Shown here piece by piece: positions 40,799 through 51,672 of a stretch of DNA of 64,000 bases. The stretch comes from Planctomycetota bacterium (GTDB lineage: Bacteria > Planctomycetota > UBA1135 > UBA2386): contig OZ245838.1 in the NCBI GenBank assembly GCA_965228735.1, positions 5,184,001-5,248,000 on the forward strand, in the 5' to 3' direction. Position 1 is the stretch's first letter, and the number at the start of each line of letters is the position of its first letter. A model generated the notes under the pieces. It was not told the origin of the DNA and made no database searches. It saw only the letters and a list, made by a program, of their open reading frames with translations. Both the position numbers and the translations under genes were made by a program.

Positions 40799-41022
40799 CG
40801 GCCTCCTCCTACGATCTCTCGGCGAGCCTTGCGGTAGACCGCGAGCAGGAACTCGCTCATCGAGTAGCCCAGGCGCTTGGCGTCAGCGCGAAGGCGCCGT
40901 TTCTCCTCCGGGCTCACTCGCAGCCTGATGGACTCCGTTTTGCGGCTCGCAGGGACCGGCAGGTCGAGAATGCGCCGCCTCGCGCGGTTTCGTGTCTTTG
41001 TTGATGCCACCATCGGTTTCAC
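40795..41022 (-). CDS. Ribbon-helix-helix protein (DUF1778/MobC-like)
   Basis: RKTESIRLRVSPEEKRRLRADAKRLGYSMSEFL. Confidence 0.8.
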   Translation of the reverse strand: MKPMVASTKTRNRARRRILDLPVPASRKTESIRLRVSPEEKRRLRADAKRLGYSMSEFLLAVYRKARREIVGGGR

Positions 41023-41107
41023 CTCTGTGCGACTCTTGGTAGCACTCTTCCCCCGCGCGTCAACGCGACGGTCGGTGCGCCGCGAGATGGTTGTGGCAAC
41101 ATCGTCG

Positions 41108-41140
41108 TGCGTTTTTCTCGCGTGACGCGAGAAGAACGCA
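41108..41140. promoter_or_regulatory. 33-bp near-perfect palindrome
   Basis: tgcgtttttctcgcgt-g-acgcgagaagaacgca, 15/16 paired. Confidence 0.6.
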
Positions 41141-41357
41141 GGCCGGAATCGCGCCAGACTTTTTCCTCGCCACTCCGCGTTTTCTCAGCCCAGGTATCCT
41201 CTGGGCGTCATGGGGAGCGCACTCGAAGAGCACCTGCACGCCGTCCTGAGGGCCGTCTTCGCCGCGGTGGACAGCTACTCGGTCGAGGCGTCCGAGCCAG
41301 TCAGAGCTTTTGGGAGGGCTTCGCGCCGCCCGCTCAACCGCCCCGGCCCCCGTTTTC

Positions 41358-43094
41358 TCACGAAGTAAGGGCGTGCACCACTGACTCAGCTAGCTGCGAT
41401 GACACTCGTTCCCGTGTCGTCAGCGACCTTTCTAGCCGATCGCAGAGAGCCATCATCTCGTCGATCGCTGCTACGATTGTCTGCTGCTCGCTGCTCGGGG
41501 GCAGGGGAATCGGCACAGAGCGGAAGATGGGCAAAGTGAGTCGAAGTCGCGTTGAGCCGAAGGCTGCTCGGAAAGCGAACTGGCGAGCAGTGACGGAATT
41601 CAGGAAGTGCATCACGTAGCGGGGATGAGCCAGCGACGAGTTCAACTCCAGTTTCATCACATCGGGAGTGAGCATGGCTTGGCCTATTCCCTGGGGGTAG
41701 ATGCAGCAGTCGCCCGGCGGGTCGCCAAGCTTCGTCACCAACAGCTCGCCACCGGAGACCGAGTATTCCTGGAATAGCTCCACCCACTTGTCATGGTCCA
41801 TGTAGGTAGGTCGAGCCGTTCGGTAGTCATCGGGCTTCACATGGCGCAGGAAGATGATTGGCACGCCCTCTGGTCGAAAGTCCTTCGCCTTGAAGATTGT
41901 TCCGAAGGGACCGGCGCAAATGGCCTTCGGCTTGTTCGAGGCGAGCTGTTCGACTGTCGCCCACGTCCACCCGGGAGGAAGGCCGGGTAGTCCGTTGGTG
42001 TCCGGAGGAATGGGATCGGCATACCGCGTTTTCCACTTCGAGTTCTTGTGGGGCTTGCCTCTGGCCTGCGCAGCTTGCAGTTGTTGTTGCTCCCACCGTT
42101 CTCGTCGATCTCGCAGCGCCTGTTCGAGCGACAGTTTGGCGTCGTCACCACTCTCTTCTTGCTCAACCAGACGGCCTCGAACTGCGAGTTGCAAGACTGC
42201 CTGCCGAAGCACCGGCACGCTATCCGAGTGCTCGGTGACGGCTCCCCAGTTCTCCCGCACGCGATCCCACGCTTCGGCCAGATCGTCAGCGGACTCCGCG
42301 CGGCTGAGCGCGTCCATGGCCGAGGTCTGGAACGAGCGGCGGACGGCGTGGCGGCGCTCCTGCCTCTCCTCCAGCTCGTCGCACAGCGCCATCAGTTCGT
42401 CGACCTTGGCGACGATGCGGTCCTGCTCCTCGATCGGTGGAAAGGCCACGAGCAAGCTTGTGACGTCGTCAGTGGCAAGCCGGCAGGTTCCGTGTGTGGA
42501 ACGCTCGACCAAGTCCAGCACGTCGCGGCGTCGACCGCGAAGATGCAGATGGACGAAATCGGCGATCCTGTCGTTCCGCAAGATCAACGCCTTCATGTCC
42601 TGGTTGAGTGTCACACTGACAGTGTTGATCGCGACAGGAAACGAGTGCGCGAGGATCATGCCGCGCACGACCATGAGGATTGCTCGCGGAGGCACCATCT
42701 TCACGGGCGTCTTCTCGACCGCGAGGTCCGTCACGGTGTCCTGGCTGCCATCGATCAGCGGGCGCTTCATGTCTTTCGGGCTGACCCAAGGGATCGAGCC
42801 GCCCCAGAACTCGCTGTTCTTCTTCGATGGCGTTCCTCCGCCCCGCATCTGTCCGAGGTCTCCAAGGCGCACCCATGCCCATCCGACAGGAAGATCGAAG
42901 GGCGGATTCTCGGGTTCGATCTGGGCTTCGATGCGTTGATCCGCGAGCCACGAAGGTGCTGATTCGTCAGTGGGGTCTTGTTCGACCACCTTGCCCCGAA
43001 CCGCTAAGCGAAGGATCAGTCGCCGCAACTGCTCGACGCCTCCTTCTGCGGAGGCCATCGTCCCGAACCTCAGCATGAGCTGGTCTCGGTCCAC
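41358..43094 (-). CDS. hsdS: Type I R-M specificity subunit
   Basis: Two TRDs (LP.GW.W..., PP..EQ..IV), repeated LAVRG..VEQ. Confidence 0.95.
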   Translation of the reverse strand: MDRDQLMLRFGTMASAEGGVEQLRRLILRLAVRGKVVEQDPTDESAPSWLADQRIEAQIEPENPPFDLPVGWAWVRLGDLGQMRGGGTPSKKNSEFWGGSIPWVSPKDMKRPLIDGSQDTVTDLAVEKTPVKMVPPRAILMVVRGMILAHSFPVAINTVSVTLNQDMKALILRNDRIADFVHLHLRGRRRDVLDLVERSTHGTCRLATDDVTSLLVAFPPIEEQDRIVAKVDELMALCDELEERQERRHAVRRSFQTSAMDALSRAESADDLAEAWDRVRENWGAVTEHSDSVPVLRQAVLQLAVRGRLVEQEESGDDAKLSLEQALRDRRERWEQQQLQAAQARGKPHKNSKWKTRYADPIPPDTNGLPGLPPGWTWATVEQLASNKPKAICAGPFGTIFKAKDFRPEGVPIIFLRHVKPDDYRTARPTYMDHDKWVELFQEYSVSGGELLVTKLGDPPGDCCIYPQGIGQAMLTPDVMKLELNSSLAHPRYVMHFLNSVTARQFAFRAAFGSTRLRLTLPIFRSVPIPLPPSSEQQTIVAAIDEMMALCDRLERSLTTRERVSSQLAESVVHALTS

Positions 43095-44545
43095 TAGCCT
43101 CGCTCCAGCGCGCCCTGGAGAGCTGCTCGAAGTCTCTCCCGAACGTCGGCAGCCTGAGTGGTCACTTCTTCCAGCGACGCGAGCAGCTCGTCCGGGTCTC
43201 CCGGCCCGTCGTCAGGCGCGTTCGGGTTCTTGATGTCGAGGTTGTAGGAGCGCTCCACGATCGTCTCGATCGGCACGCGCCATGCCTGTTCGCTCTCCTT
43301 GCGGTCTTCCCACCACGCCTTCTCCGAATCGAACTCCTCGATCCGCATCGGTTTCGTCTTCGAGTAGCTCTTGTAGCCCGGCGGATAAGGGTGTTCGTAG
43401 AACCACACTTCGCTCGTAGGTTCGCCCTTCGTGAAGAACAGCACGTTGGTCTGGATGCCCGTGTAGGGGCTGAACACGCCCTTCGGTAGGCGGACCAGCG
43501 TGTGCAGGTTGCAGTCCTCCAGCAGGCGCTCCTTGATTCTTGTCTTCACGCCCTCGCCGAAGAGCGAGCCGTCCGGCAGCACCACAGCAGCCCTTCCTCC
43601 GGGCTTGAGGAGCGTCAGGATCAGCACGAGAAACAGATCCGCGGTTTCGCGGGTTCGATACTCCGCGGGGAAGTTCGCTTCGATCCCGTCTTCCTCGATC
43701 CCGCCGAACGGCGGGTTGGTCACGATGACGTCGACACGATCGCGCGGGCCATAGTCGCGCAACGGACGCGTCAGCGTGTTGTCGTGGCGGATGTTGGTCG
43801 GCACATCGATGCCATGCAGGATCATGTTCGTCGTGCACAGCAGGTGCGGGAGCTGCTTCTTCTCGACGCCGGAGATGCTGGCCTGGAGCTTCGCCTCCTG
43901 CTTCGGCGTCTTGACCTGCTCGCGGACGTGCTCGATGGCGCAGGTCAGGAAGCCACCGGTGCCGCAGGCGGGATCGAGGATCGTCTCGCCGAGCTGCGGG
44001 TCGACCATGTCCACGGCGAACTGCGTGACAGCGCGGGGCGTGTAGAATTCGCCGGAGTTGCCGGCGCTCTGGAGGTCCTTGAGGATCTTCTCGTAGAGGT
44101 CGCCCAGGGCGTGGCGCGTCTTGCTGTCGTTGAAGTTGATCGCTTCCTGGATCTTGTTGACGACCTGCCGGAGCAGTGTGCCCGACTTCATAAAATTGAA
44201 GGCGTCGCGGAACACTTCGCGGACGACCATCGCACGATCACGAACCGCTCCTTCGGCCGGCAGCTCGACCAAGGCCGGGAACAGATGGTTGTTCACGAAG
44301 TCGCTGAGGTCGTCGCCGGTCATCCCCTCGGGGTCGGCAGCCCAGTTGCGCCAGCGGAACTCGTCCGGGATCGGCGACTCGAAGTCCTCGTCGAGCAGCT
44401 CCTGCTCCTGCTCGCGGTCGTCGTAGATTTTCAGGAACAGCATCCAGCCGAGCTGCTCGATGCGCTGGGCGTCGCCGTTGATGCCGACGTCCTTGCGCAT
44501 GATGTCCTGGATGCCCTTGATCGAATTGCCCAACGACGCCGTCAC
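43094..44545 (-). CDS. hsdM: Type I R-M m6A methyltransferase
   Basis: [19 protein letters not shown]. Confidence 0.97.
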   Translation of the reverse strand: MTASLGNSIKGIQDIMRKDVGINGDAQRIEQLGWMLFLKIYDDREQEQELLDEDFESPIPDEFRWRNWAADPEGMTGDDLSDFVNNHLFPALVELPAEGAVRDRAMVVREVFRDAFNFMKSGTLLRQVVNKIQEAINFNDSKTRHALGDLYEKILKDLQSAGNSGEFYTPRAVTQFAVDMVDPQLGETILDPACGTGGFLTCAIEHVREQVKTPKQEAKLQASISGVEKKQLPHLLCTTNMILHGIDVPTNIRHDNTLTRPLRDYGPRDRVDVIVTNPPFGGIEEDGIEANFPAEYRTRETADLFLVLILTLLKPGGRAAVVLPDGSLFGEGVKTRIKERLLEDCNLHTLVRLPKGVFSPYTGIQTNVLFFTKGEPTSEVWFYEHPYPPGYKSYSKTKPMRIEEFDSEKAWWEDRKESEQAWRVPIETIVERSYNLDIKNPNAPDDGPGDPDELLASLEEVTTQAADVRERLRAALQGALERG

Positions 44546-46917
44546 GCTGCCCCCTCCACTCGGTAAAGCTCGGCCTCCAGCTCACGGAGCGCCTGCTGGT
44601 AGTTCTCCTTCCCGCCGAACCAGCCGACCAGCTCGACGGGCGTCCCCATCTCGCTGAACGGCTGCACGCGCAGGACGCCCATCTTCTCGACTGGGACGAT
44701 TCCCTGGTCGGCATATTTGTCGAGGAGTGCGTTCAGCACGCGGCGCGCGGGCTCGCCGAACTTGGTGAACACATCGCGCTTGCGAACATTCTCCGCGCGC
44801 TCCCGGCGGCTCAGTGGCGGCTGGTCGAACACGACGTGGCAGATCAGGTCGAAGGGATCGAGTTCGCGTCCGACCTGATCCGCCAGCGCCTCGATGAGGA
44901 GCCCTTCGTCGCGCAGCTCGTCCAGGATGGCCTTCTTCTTCTCGGCGGTGTTCCATGCCTGGAGAAAGTCGTCCAGCGACGCGAACCGATCGCGAACCGA
45001 GCGTCTCGTGTAGTCGCGCAGAGACTCGGTGATGAGCTTGCCGTCGTTGCCGTAGTATTGGACGCGCTCCGCGACGACGGACACCCCGACGCCGGAGACC
45101 ACGTATTTCTGCCGGCGGCCGCGGTCGTCATCGTCGCCGCCGCCGGTGTCCGTGTCGTCGGGCGTGACGAGGATGTCCTCGATATCCGGATCGTTCTGGA
45201 GGTCGTCGGGATCGACGTCGTCCAAGTCCGGCGGGACGATCGTGTCGTCGTCGTCTGGCCGGTAGACCTGCACGGGGGCTCCGTCGAACTCGGGATCGGC
45301 GAACAGCTCCGTCGCCTTCTTGAAGTCGACGATCGTGAAGTAGAGCTTGCCGGCGTCTTCGTGGATGCGTGTGCCGCGCCCGATGATCTGCTTGAACTCG
45401 GTCATCGACTGGATGCGCTGGTCGAGGACGACGAACTCACAGGTCTTCGCGTCAACGCCGGTGCTCATCAGCTTCGAGGTGGTGGCGATCACCGGGTAGC
45501 GCTCCTCGGGGTGGATGAAGTTGTCGAGCTGAGCCTTGCCCTGCTCGTTGTCCCCGGTGATGCGCATGACATATTTGGAGTTTTCGCGCGCTCGCTCGGG
45601 GTTGGCGTTGACGATCGCCGAGCGCATCCGCTCGGCGTGGTCGATGTCTTCACAGAAGACGATGGTCTTCGCGTAGGGCTTGCCTGAGCCTTCCAGCAGC
45701 TCCACGACCTTCTTAGCGACCAGCTCGGTGCGCTGCGTCAGGACTAGCTCACGGTCGAAGTCCTGCTGGTTGTAGATGCGGTCCTCGATGACCTCACCGG
45801 TGTCGTCCTGCTGGCCGCGCTCCGGGCGCCAGCCTTCGAGATCCTTGTCGAGGTCGACACGAATGACCTTGTAGGGCGCAAGGAAGCCGTCCTCGATTCC
45901 CTGCTTGAGGCTGTAGGTGTAGACCGGGTCGCCGAAGTAGGCGATGTTCGAGACGTCCTTCGTCTCCTTGGGCGTCGCCGTGAGCCCGATCTGCGTCGCC
46001 GACTTGAAGTAGGTGAGGATCTCGTGCCAGCGCGATGCTTCACGAGCGCTCGATCGGTGGCACTCGTCGATCACGATCAGGTCGAAGAAGTCGGGTGAGA
46101 ACTGCTTGAAGACGTTGTCCTCTTCCTCGGTGCCGGAGATCCCCTGATAGAGCGCGAGGTAGATCTCGTAGGACTTGTCGATCTGCCGCTTGCGGATCTT
46201 CGTCATCGCGGCGCCGAACGGCTTGAAGTCGTTCGTGATGGTCTGGTCGACGAGGATGTTTCGGTCGGCGAGGAACAGGATGCGACGCTTGTGCTTGGCC
46301 TTCCACAGTCGCCAGATGATCTGGAAGGCTGTGTAGGTCTTGCCCGTGCCGGTCGCCATGACGAGCAGGATGCGATCCTGCCCGCGGACGATCGCCTCAA
46401 CCGTGCGGTTGATCGCGACACGTTGGTAGTAGCGCGGCTCCTTGCCGCTAGCGTCCTCGTAGTAGGGCGAGGTGACGCGTTCGGTCTTCTCGTCGTCGAG
46501 CCCCTTCCAAGCGCAGTAGCGCTGCCAGAGGTCGGCGGGACTCGGGAACTGGTCGAGCGCGAGGGTCTGCTCGACCGGGTTCTGCTGGCCTGTGCGATCG
46601 TGGAAGAGGAAGCCCGAGCCGTTCGAGCTGAACACGAACGGGATGTCCAGGGTGTCGGCGTAGGCGAGCGCCTGTTGCATTCCGTCCCCAACGCTGTGGG
46701 AGGTGTCCTTCGCCTCGACGATCGCGAGTGGCAGGTTCGCCTTCCACTGGAGGAGGTAGTCGGCGCGCTTCTTCTTGCCGCGTGCCACGCAGCGACCGCG
46801 AACGATGATGCGACCCGCGGTGAACGTGACCTCTCGCCGGACCTGCCGATCGAGGTCCCAGCCAGCCTGTTGGATGGCCGGGCTGATGCGGCGCATGCAG
46901 GTTTCGGTCTCGTTCAT
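44542..46917 (-). CDS. hsdR: Type I R-M restriction subunit, EcoAI/EcoEI-like
   Basis: ADY..VEAK nuclease, [24 protein letters not shown]. Confidence 0.97.
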   Translation of the reverse strand: MNETETCMRRISPAIQQAGWDLDRQVRREVTFTAGRIIVRGRCVARGKKKRADYLLQWKANLPLAIVEAKDTSHSVGDGMQQALAYADTLDIPFVFSSNGSGFLFHDRTGQQNPVEQTLALDQFPSPADLWQRYCAWKGLDDEKTERVTSPYYEDASGKEPRYYQRVAINRTVEAIVRGQDRILLVMATGTGKTYTAFQIIWRLWKAKHKRRILFLADRNILVDQTITNDFKPFGAAMTKIRKRQIDKSYEIYLALYQGISGTEEEDNVFKQFSPDFFDLIVIDECHRSSAREASRWHEILTYFKSATQIGLTATPKETKDVSNIAYFGDPVYTYSLKQGIEDGFLAPYKVIRVDLDKDLEGWRPERGQQDDTGEVIEDRIYNQQDFDRELVLTQRTELVAKKVVELLEGSGKPYAKTIVFCEDIDHAERMRSAIVNANPERARENSKYVMRITGDNEQGKAQLDNFIHPEERYPVIATTSKLMSTGVDAKTCEFVVLDQRIQSMTEFKQIIGRGTRIHEDAGKLYFTIVDFKKATELFADPEFDGAPVQVYRPDDDDTIVPPDLDDVDPDDLQNDPDIEDILVTPDDTDTGGGDDDDRGRRQKYVVSGVGVSVVAERVQYYGNDGKLITESLRDYTRRSVRDRFASLDDFLQAWNTAEKKKAILDELRDEGLLIEALADQVGRELDPFDLICHVVFDQPPLSRRERAENVRKRDVFTKFGEPARRVLNALLDKYADQGIVPVEKMGVLRVQPFSEMGTPVELVGWFGGKENYQQALRELEAELYRVEGAA

Positions 46918-46936
46918 GCGGAGGCTCCTACGCAGA

Positions 46937-47158
46937 TCACGGCTTGCCTGCCCGAAGCTGCTGACTGGCTCGCTCCCACGCCTGGAGGAGAAGTTCGGAC
47001 ACCGTCATGCCAAGGAGTTCGGCGTCCCTGCGCATCAGCTTCTTGGTCTTCGGGGTCACGCGCAGCTTGATGAACTCTGTTCGGCGCTCCCGCGGAACCA
47101 ACCGTTTGGCGCGCGAGCCGCGAGGCTGCTCTGTCTCTTCGTGCGGAGGGTGGGTCAC
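46937..47158 (-). CDS. Ribbon-helix-helix protein upstream of hsdR
   Basis: [33 protein letters not shown]; start uncertain. Confidence 0.7.
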   Translation of the reverse strand: MTHPPHEETEQPRGSRAKRLVPRERRTEFIKLRVTPKTKKLMRRDAELLGMTVSELLLQAWERASQQLRAGKP

Positions 47159-47267
47159 GGTGGTGCTCTGTCGAAGTGCTTGAAAAGCCCCGTCCCTGTG
47201 GTCACATTCTGTGGTCCTCACCGATGGTGGTCAAGCGATCGGTGGCACCGATGCGCGAGGAGCTGAT

Positions 47268-48077
47268 GTGGCGACGATCGTCTCATGCGTGAATCTGAAA
47301 GGAGGCGTTGGCAAGACTGCCATCGCCGTCAACTTCGCTGCCTACTGCGGCGCGCACGGGAAGAGAGTTCTTCTTGTGGATCTAGATCCGCAAACCAACG
47401 CCACGTTCTCGTGCCTGACCGTAGAGGAGTGGCGGGAGCACTCCGCACATCACGGCACGATCGCCGACCTTCTCGGTGCGCGGCGCAGCACGAACGCGGA
47501 GGGACGTGCGACGGACCCAAGTGACGTCGTTCGGGACGCTGTCTTCCCAGGGGTCGATCTGATCCCGTCTCACCTCGACTTGTTCACGGTCGACCTTGAT
47601 CTAGCTTCAACCACAGCCCGAGAGACGAAGCTCCGCAGGGCGTTTCGCGACATTCTGGACGACTACGATCTGGTCGTCTGCGACTGCCCTCCGAATCTCA
47701 CCATTCCGACCCAGAACGCGTTGGCCCTGAGTAGCCACTACGTGGTCCCTGTATCACCGGACTATCTCTCCGGATTGGGGGTCGCGCTGCTCGTCCGCCG
47801 AGTCCAGGAGTTCGCCAGTGACCTGGAGTTGCCCATCGAGCATGCCGGCATCGTGATTTCCAGGGTCGGGCGACCGGCTGAACACCGGGATCAGGTGATG
47901 GCGTCGCTTCGGCAAGAGTTCGGGGAACTCGTTCTGGGCACCCAGATCACGGAGCGAGTCGCTGTGAGTGAGGCGGCTTCCCGGCAGATGCCGATTTACG
48001 ACTCCGGCAACGCCGATGCATCAGCAGAATTCTCAGCCGTGTCCCGCGAGATACTTGCACGGGTAGGTCTTGAATGA
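47268..48077 (+). CDS. ParA/Soj-family ATPase
   Basis: KGGVGKT, VDLDPQ.NAT, DCPP; GAGGAG before GTG 47268. Confidence 0.93.
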   Translation: MATIVSCVNLKGGVGKTAIAVNFAAYCGAHGKRVLLVDLDPQTNATFSCLTVEEWREHSAHHGTIADLLGARRSTNAEGRATDPSDVVRDAVFPGVDLIPSHLDLFTVDLDLASTTARETKLRRAFRDILDDYDLVVCDCPPNLTIPTQNALALSSHYVVPVSPDYLSGLGVALLVRRVQEFASDLELPIEHAGIVISRVGRPAEHRDQVMASLRQEFGELVLGTQITERVAVSEAASRQMPIYDSGNADASAEFSAVSREILARVGLE

Positions 48078-48454
48078 AATCACACACGCTGGCACGGGCT
48101 CTGAAGCAGCTCGCCGACATCATGCTTGACGGACCGAACGTCGAAGTCTCGCGGTTGGATCTTGACGATCGCTCCGCGGGGCGGGCAAGCTCCTCATCTG
48201 AGTTGGCAGTGAACATCGACACGCTGCTGGAGCTATCGAGAGTCGACAAGGTGCAGTGGAAAGCGTTCATCGACGAGTATTCGCTGGAGGTCGCCGTTTC
48301 CTCGAAGGACTCCACGCGGAACATCCTCGGAAAGGTCCTGTCGTTCTTGGAGAAGAGCGAAGCCGCGCGGAAGAGGGTGAAGGCGGCAGCAACCAGAAAG
48401 AGCGATACCTCTCCAGAACTGTCTAGAGCTTTGGCTGCGCTGCTGAACGACTAG
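48074..48454 (+). CDS. Hypothetical helical protein
   Basis: ATGA-coupled to the ParA gene. Confidence 0.8.
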   Translation: MKSHTLARALKQLADIMLDGPNVEVSRLDLDDRSAGRASSSSELAVNIDTLLELSRVDKVQWKAFIDEYSLEVAVSSKDSTRNILGKVLSFLEKSEAARKRVKAAATRKSDTSPELSRALAALLND

Positions 48455-48456
48455 CA

Positions 48457-49230
48457 ATGCAGCATCTGGCGAGTGAGATCGAAGCCAACTTCCGGCGTTT
48501 TCAGAAGAAGAGCGCGGAAGAGTGCAGAGCAGCTGAGACCGCGCTGAAGTCCCATGACGCCGTGTTCAGTCGCAGCTACAAGCGACTCGTCTCGCTGCAA
48601 GCGTGGAGGGCTGACCTCTTGGAGTCGGTCGTCGCGGGCGACGCGCTCGCGTTCTTCATAGAGGCTCAGAATGATGGGCTGGCTGCTCACGCGCTTGCGT
48701 CGCTCGGATCATGGCGAGCGTCGCTTCAGTCTCTGCGCGGCTGCATCGAGAACGTTCTCTGCTGTCTCTACTACATGGACCATCCCGTGGAGTTGCAGCT
48801 GTGGGAAGAAGGAGATCAGCGATTGGCGTTCAGCGAGCTGTTCTCCTACTTCGAGCTGCACCCGAAGACTCGCGCGAAAAAGCCCAAGCGCTCCGGGTTG
48901 TCGCCTCGCGTTGCGGCGGTGCCTACGCTCCAAGACGAGTATCGAACGTTGTCACGGTCAGTTCACGCGTCGCAAGATTGCTTCCGGATGACAACTGGCA
49001 CCGGCGGACAGACGAACCTGTGGGACGGGGCGAAGAAACGGCTCAGCATGTGGGAGACGCGGGAGAGGACCACGCTTAGCGCGGTGAATCTGCTTCTCTT
49101 GGCTGTCTTCAGAGAGCATCTGTCCGGGGCTAAGCTTCGGTCAGTTCGCAGCGCTGTGGGGCTGGCTGTCCCTCAATCCAAGCACGGCGATGTCCGTAGC
49201 GAGCTTCGAGTGTCGCTGCTGCGCGGGTAG
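48457..49230 (+). CDS. Hypothetical protein, HEPN-like
   Basis: G.W..S..SLRGCIE and EYRTLSRSVH patterns; 2 bp after the previous stop. Confidence 0.7.
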   Translation: MQHLASEIEANFRRFQKKSAEECRAAETALKSHDAVFSRSYKRLVSLQAWRADLLESVVAGDALAFFIEAQNDGLAAHALASLGSWRASLQSLRGCIENVLCCLYYMDHPVELQLWEEGDQRLAFSELFSYFELHPKTRAKKPKRSGLSPRVAAVPTLQDEYRTLSRSVHASQDCFRMTTGTGGQTNLWDGAKKRLSMWETRERTTLSAVNLLLLAVFREHLSGAKLRSVRSAVGLAVPQSKHGDVRSELRVSLLRG

Positions 49231-49387
49231 AGCCGCGCGCCCGACAGCTAGCCGGGAGGATTCGGCACTCCTGGCTCGACCTCGTGAGCAAGCCGAATAG
49301 CTACGCTTCCTCAAGTTGGAGCCCGCCGCTCCCGATATAGCTACAGGTCCGTGCGGACCTGTGACTTTCGAGCACCTGGGGAAGCGG

Positions 49388-49978
49388 ATGACCACGAAAC
49401 TGCCGGTCGAGGTCCTGACACGGACGGAGCTGGACGCCCTGCTGAGGGCTTGCAACCGACGATCGCCATCAGGGCTTCGAGACCGCGCTCTGATCGCGCT
49501 GCTCTATGGCAGTGGCCTTCGCGTCGCCGAGGCGCTTGCGCTTCGACCGAGGGACGTCGACCTCGATGCCGGGACCGTGCGCGTCCACCGCGGCAAGGGT
49601 AGCAAGGCTCGCGTGAGTGGGATCGAAGAAGGCATGGGCGCCGTGCTGCGCGAGTGGATCGACTACCGTGCCCAGGCTCTCGCTCTCAACGGCACGAAGC
49701 CCCTTTTCTGTCAGATCACGAAGGGGCGAGTCGGCGAACCCGTGCAGCAGGCGTGCGTGCGTCAGATGCTCCGGCGTCGCACCGCGAAGGCTGGCATCGA
49801 GAAGCGCGTCCACGCGCATGGCCTCCGGCACTCCCACGCCGCCAACATGGCGGCGGCCGGCATTCCGATCAACGTCATCCAGCGCCAGCTCGGCCACTCG
49901 AACGTCGCCACGACCAGCCGCTACCTGGATCACGTCCAGCCCGCGGATGTCGTCGAGGCGGTGCGACGCCTCGGGTAG
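49388..49978 (+). CDS. Tyrosine recombinase, catalytic domain only (FimB-like size)
   Basis: RD..GLRVAE, GKG, HGLRH, LGH, TSRY. Confidence 0.93.
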   Translation: MTTKLPVEVLTRTELDALLRACNRRSPSGLRDRALIALLYGSGLRVAEALALRPRDVDLDAGTVRVHRGKGSKARVSGIEEGMGAVLREWIDYRAQALALNGTKPLFCQITKGRVGEPVQQACVRQMLRRRTAKAGIEKRVHAHGLRHSHAANMAAAGIPINVIQRQLGHSNVATTSRYLDHVQPADVVEAVRRLG

Positions 49979-50069
49979 ATTCCGCGGCACGCCTGGATCA
50001 GCGCGCGGGGCTCGAAGTGCGGTTGTGTCGTTGGGTGTCATGGGGCTCCCCCGATTTCGGGGCGCTCAG

Positions 50070-50205
50070 ACGGCGATTGACCGACTAAACGAGTGACCGA
50101 ATGGTGGCTCCGGACAGCGTTTGACCGTCGGTCAATCGCGGTCCGTCGCGTTCGAAGGGGCTGATCCTCCAGGCTGCACGGCCAACGGCGATTGACCGAC
50201 GGTCA
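50070..50205. repeat. Cluster of direct and inverted repeats
   Basis: acggcgattgaccgac at 50070 and 50185; perfect 18-bp IR 50122-50139 versus 50188-50205. Confidence 0.85.
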
Positions 50206-50307
50206 TTCGATCTGGAGAGCTGACGCAACAGGTCGGCGGGCGCGTCGATCAACACACGGAGCAGCAGGGCAGCGCTAGAGCGGAGACAGATGGCGCTGCA
50301 CCGCTGG

Positions 50308-51480
50308 TCACGCGGGGGTCGCTTGGCCGGGTGGTGCTGCGTGAGGGTGATGGACGTAGGCACGCACCGTTCGATAGCTGACGCAGAGGCGAGCCGAAAT
50401 CTGCCGAAGCGGCATGCCAGAGCTGTGCAGTCGGCGAGCATAGGATCGTTCCCTGCGGCGTTGATCGGCGGCTGCTCGCCCTTCCATGACCGGCTTGTCG
50501 TAGAAGGTCTTGCGGCATGACTTGCACAGAAGCCTCTGCTTTCCGCTTCCTGACCGACCGTTCCTCACGATCTTGGAGCCATGCGCCCTGCACTTGGGGC
50601 ACCGGATGACATACTGGACCTTGAGAGCCGGCAAGAACGACGCGTAGCGTGCGTCGGGGTCTTGCGGACGACGACCGCGACGAGGCGGACGTCGCGCGAT
50701 GACCTTCTCGTAGCGGGCACGGGCGCGCAGTTTCTGGCTTTCCCAGGCTCGCATGGCGAGACCGCCGACAAGCGGTCTCGCGCATCTTTGGCCGGTTTCG
50801 TTCTCGTAGGGATCGAGGAGATGGCGGGCCAAGGACTCACCGGATGGAGTGTCGATCTGCTTGCCCAGCGGACCCTTCGCGAGGTAGCGGGTTGTCGGGG
50901 CCATTCGGCGCCCGGAGAAGTGGGTGCGATCTACAGCTCCTCCCAACTGCGTCCAGCATCGGGCGATCTCTCCTGCTCGCGGAACGGTGCCGCGTGACGG
51001 TGCTACGTAGACGAGGTGAACGTGAGGTCGGACCTGAGCTGAGTTCAGCGCTGCATACTCTGGGACGAGAACCCACGCCGAAGGAGGCTCACCGACGTCG
51101 CCTTCCGTCAGCGCGTCGTGCAGCAGCTCGCACGCATCGAGAAAGTCGCGCAGCGCGTGGATGGACGAGCGGGCTATGGGGAGCACCGGCCACGGCAGGA
51201 TCTGGTGGACGCTCGGCATGTCGATCGTTGCTGCCTTGCTCGCTTGGCGCTTGGCCCACCGAGAAGCGTCGTGAGGTCCACAGGAAGCGCAGCCGGTGCG
51301 GCGGCATCGCCTCGCGTAAACGTCGCGGCGCTCGTCCTTCGGAAGTGACCGCAGATCCAGTGCAGCGGTCTGGGCGTTGTGAAGAGCGCAGGACTCTCTC
51401 GGTCTCGGCGGAAAGCTCCGTGCATTCCGGCGTCGCAGTTGTGTTGAAGCTCTCGTGGGTCTCATGGTCGCGTTGCCCAT
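50308..51480 (-). CDS. HUH rolling-circle Rep-like protein fused to InsA-like Zn ribbon and HTH
   Basis: C....C..C, PHVHLV, RYLAK; CPKC..IVRNG...GKQRLLCKSCRKTF; GMPLRQISARL.VS..TV. Confidence 0.7.
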   Translation of the reverse strand: MGNATMRPTRASTQLRRRNARSFPPRPRESCALHNAQTAALDLRSLPKDERRDVYARRCRRTGCASCGPHDASRWAKRQASKAATIDMPSVHQILPWPVLPIARSSIHALRDFLDACELLHDALTEGDVGEPPSAWVLVPEYAALNSAQVRPHVHLVYVAPSRGTVPRAGEIARCWTQLGGAVDRTHFSGRRMAPTTRYLAKGPLGKQIDTPSGESLARHLLDPYENETGQRCARPLVGGLAMRAWESQKLRARARYEKVIARRPPRRGRRPQDPDARYASFLPALKVQYVIRCPKCRAHGSKIVRNGRSGSGKQRLLCKSCRKTFYDKPVMEGRAAADQRRRERSYARRLHSSGMPLRQISARLCVSYRTVRAYVHHPHAAPPGQATPA

Positions 51481-51672
51481 GAGCGGTCCCCGAACTACAC
51501 TTGGCTGCTGCTCGCTGGCCGCGATCGGTGACCGCTCGGTGTCGGTTGCGGTGGCACTCGCAGGCTCCCGTCAGTTCGCGCTGAGGGGAGCCTGCCCAAC
51601 CTTCCTGCCGGGCGGCGGGCGTGCTCGCGGGGACACACAGCCTTCGCTAGGCTGCCAGCAAGGAGCTGATCG

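Noticed and set aside
50308..50610. IS1 element
   Set aside because: The InsA-like part is the C-terminus of a longer ORF; no InsB or IS1-type ends seen
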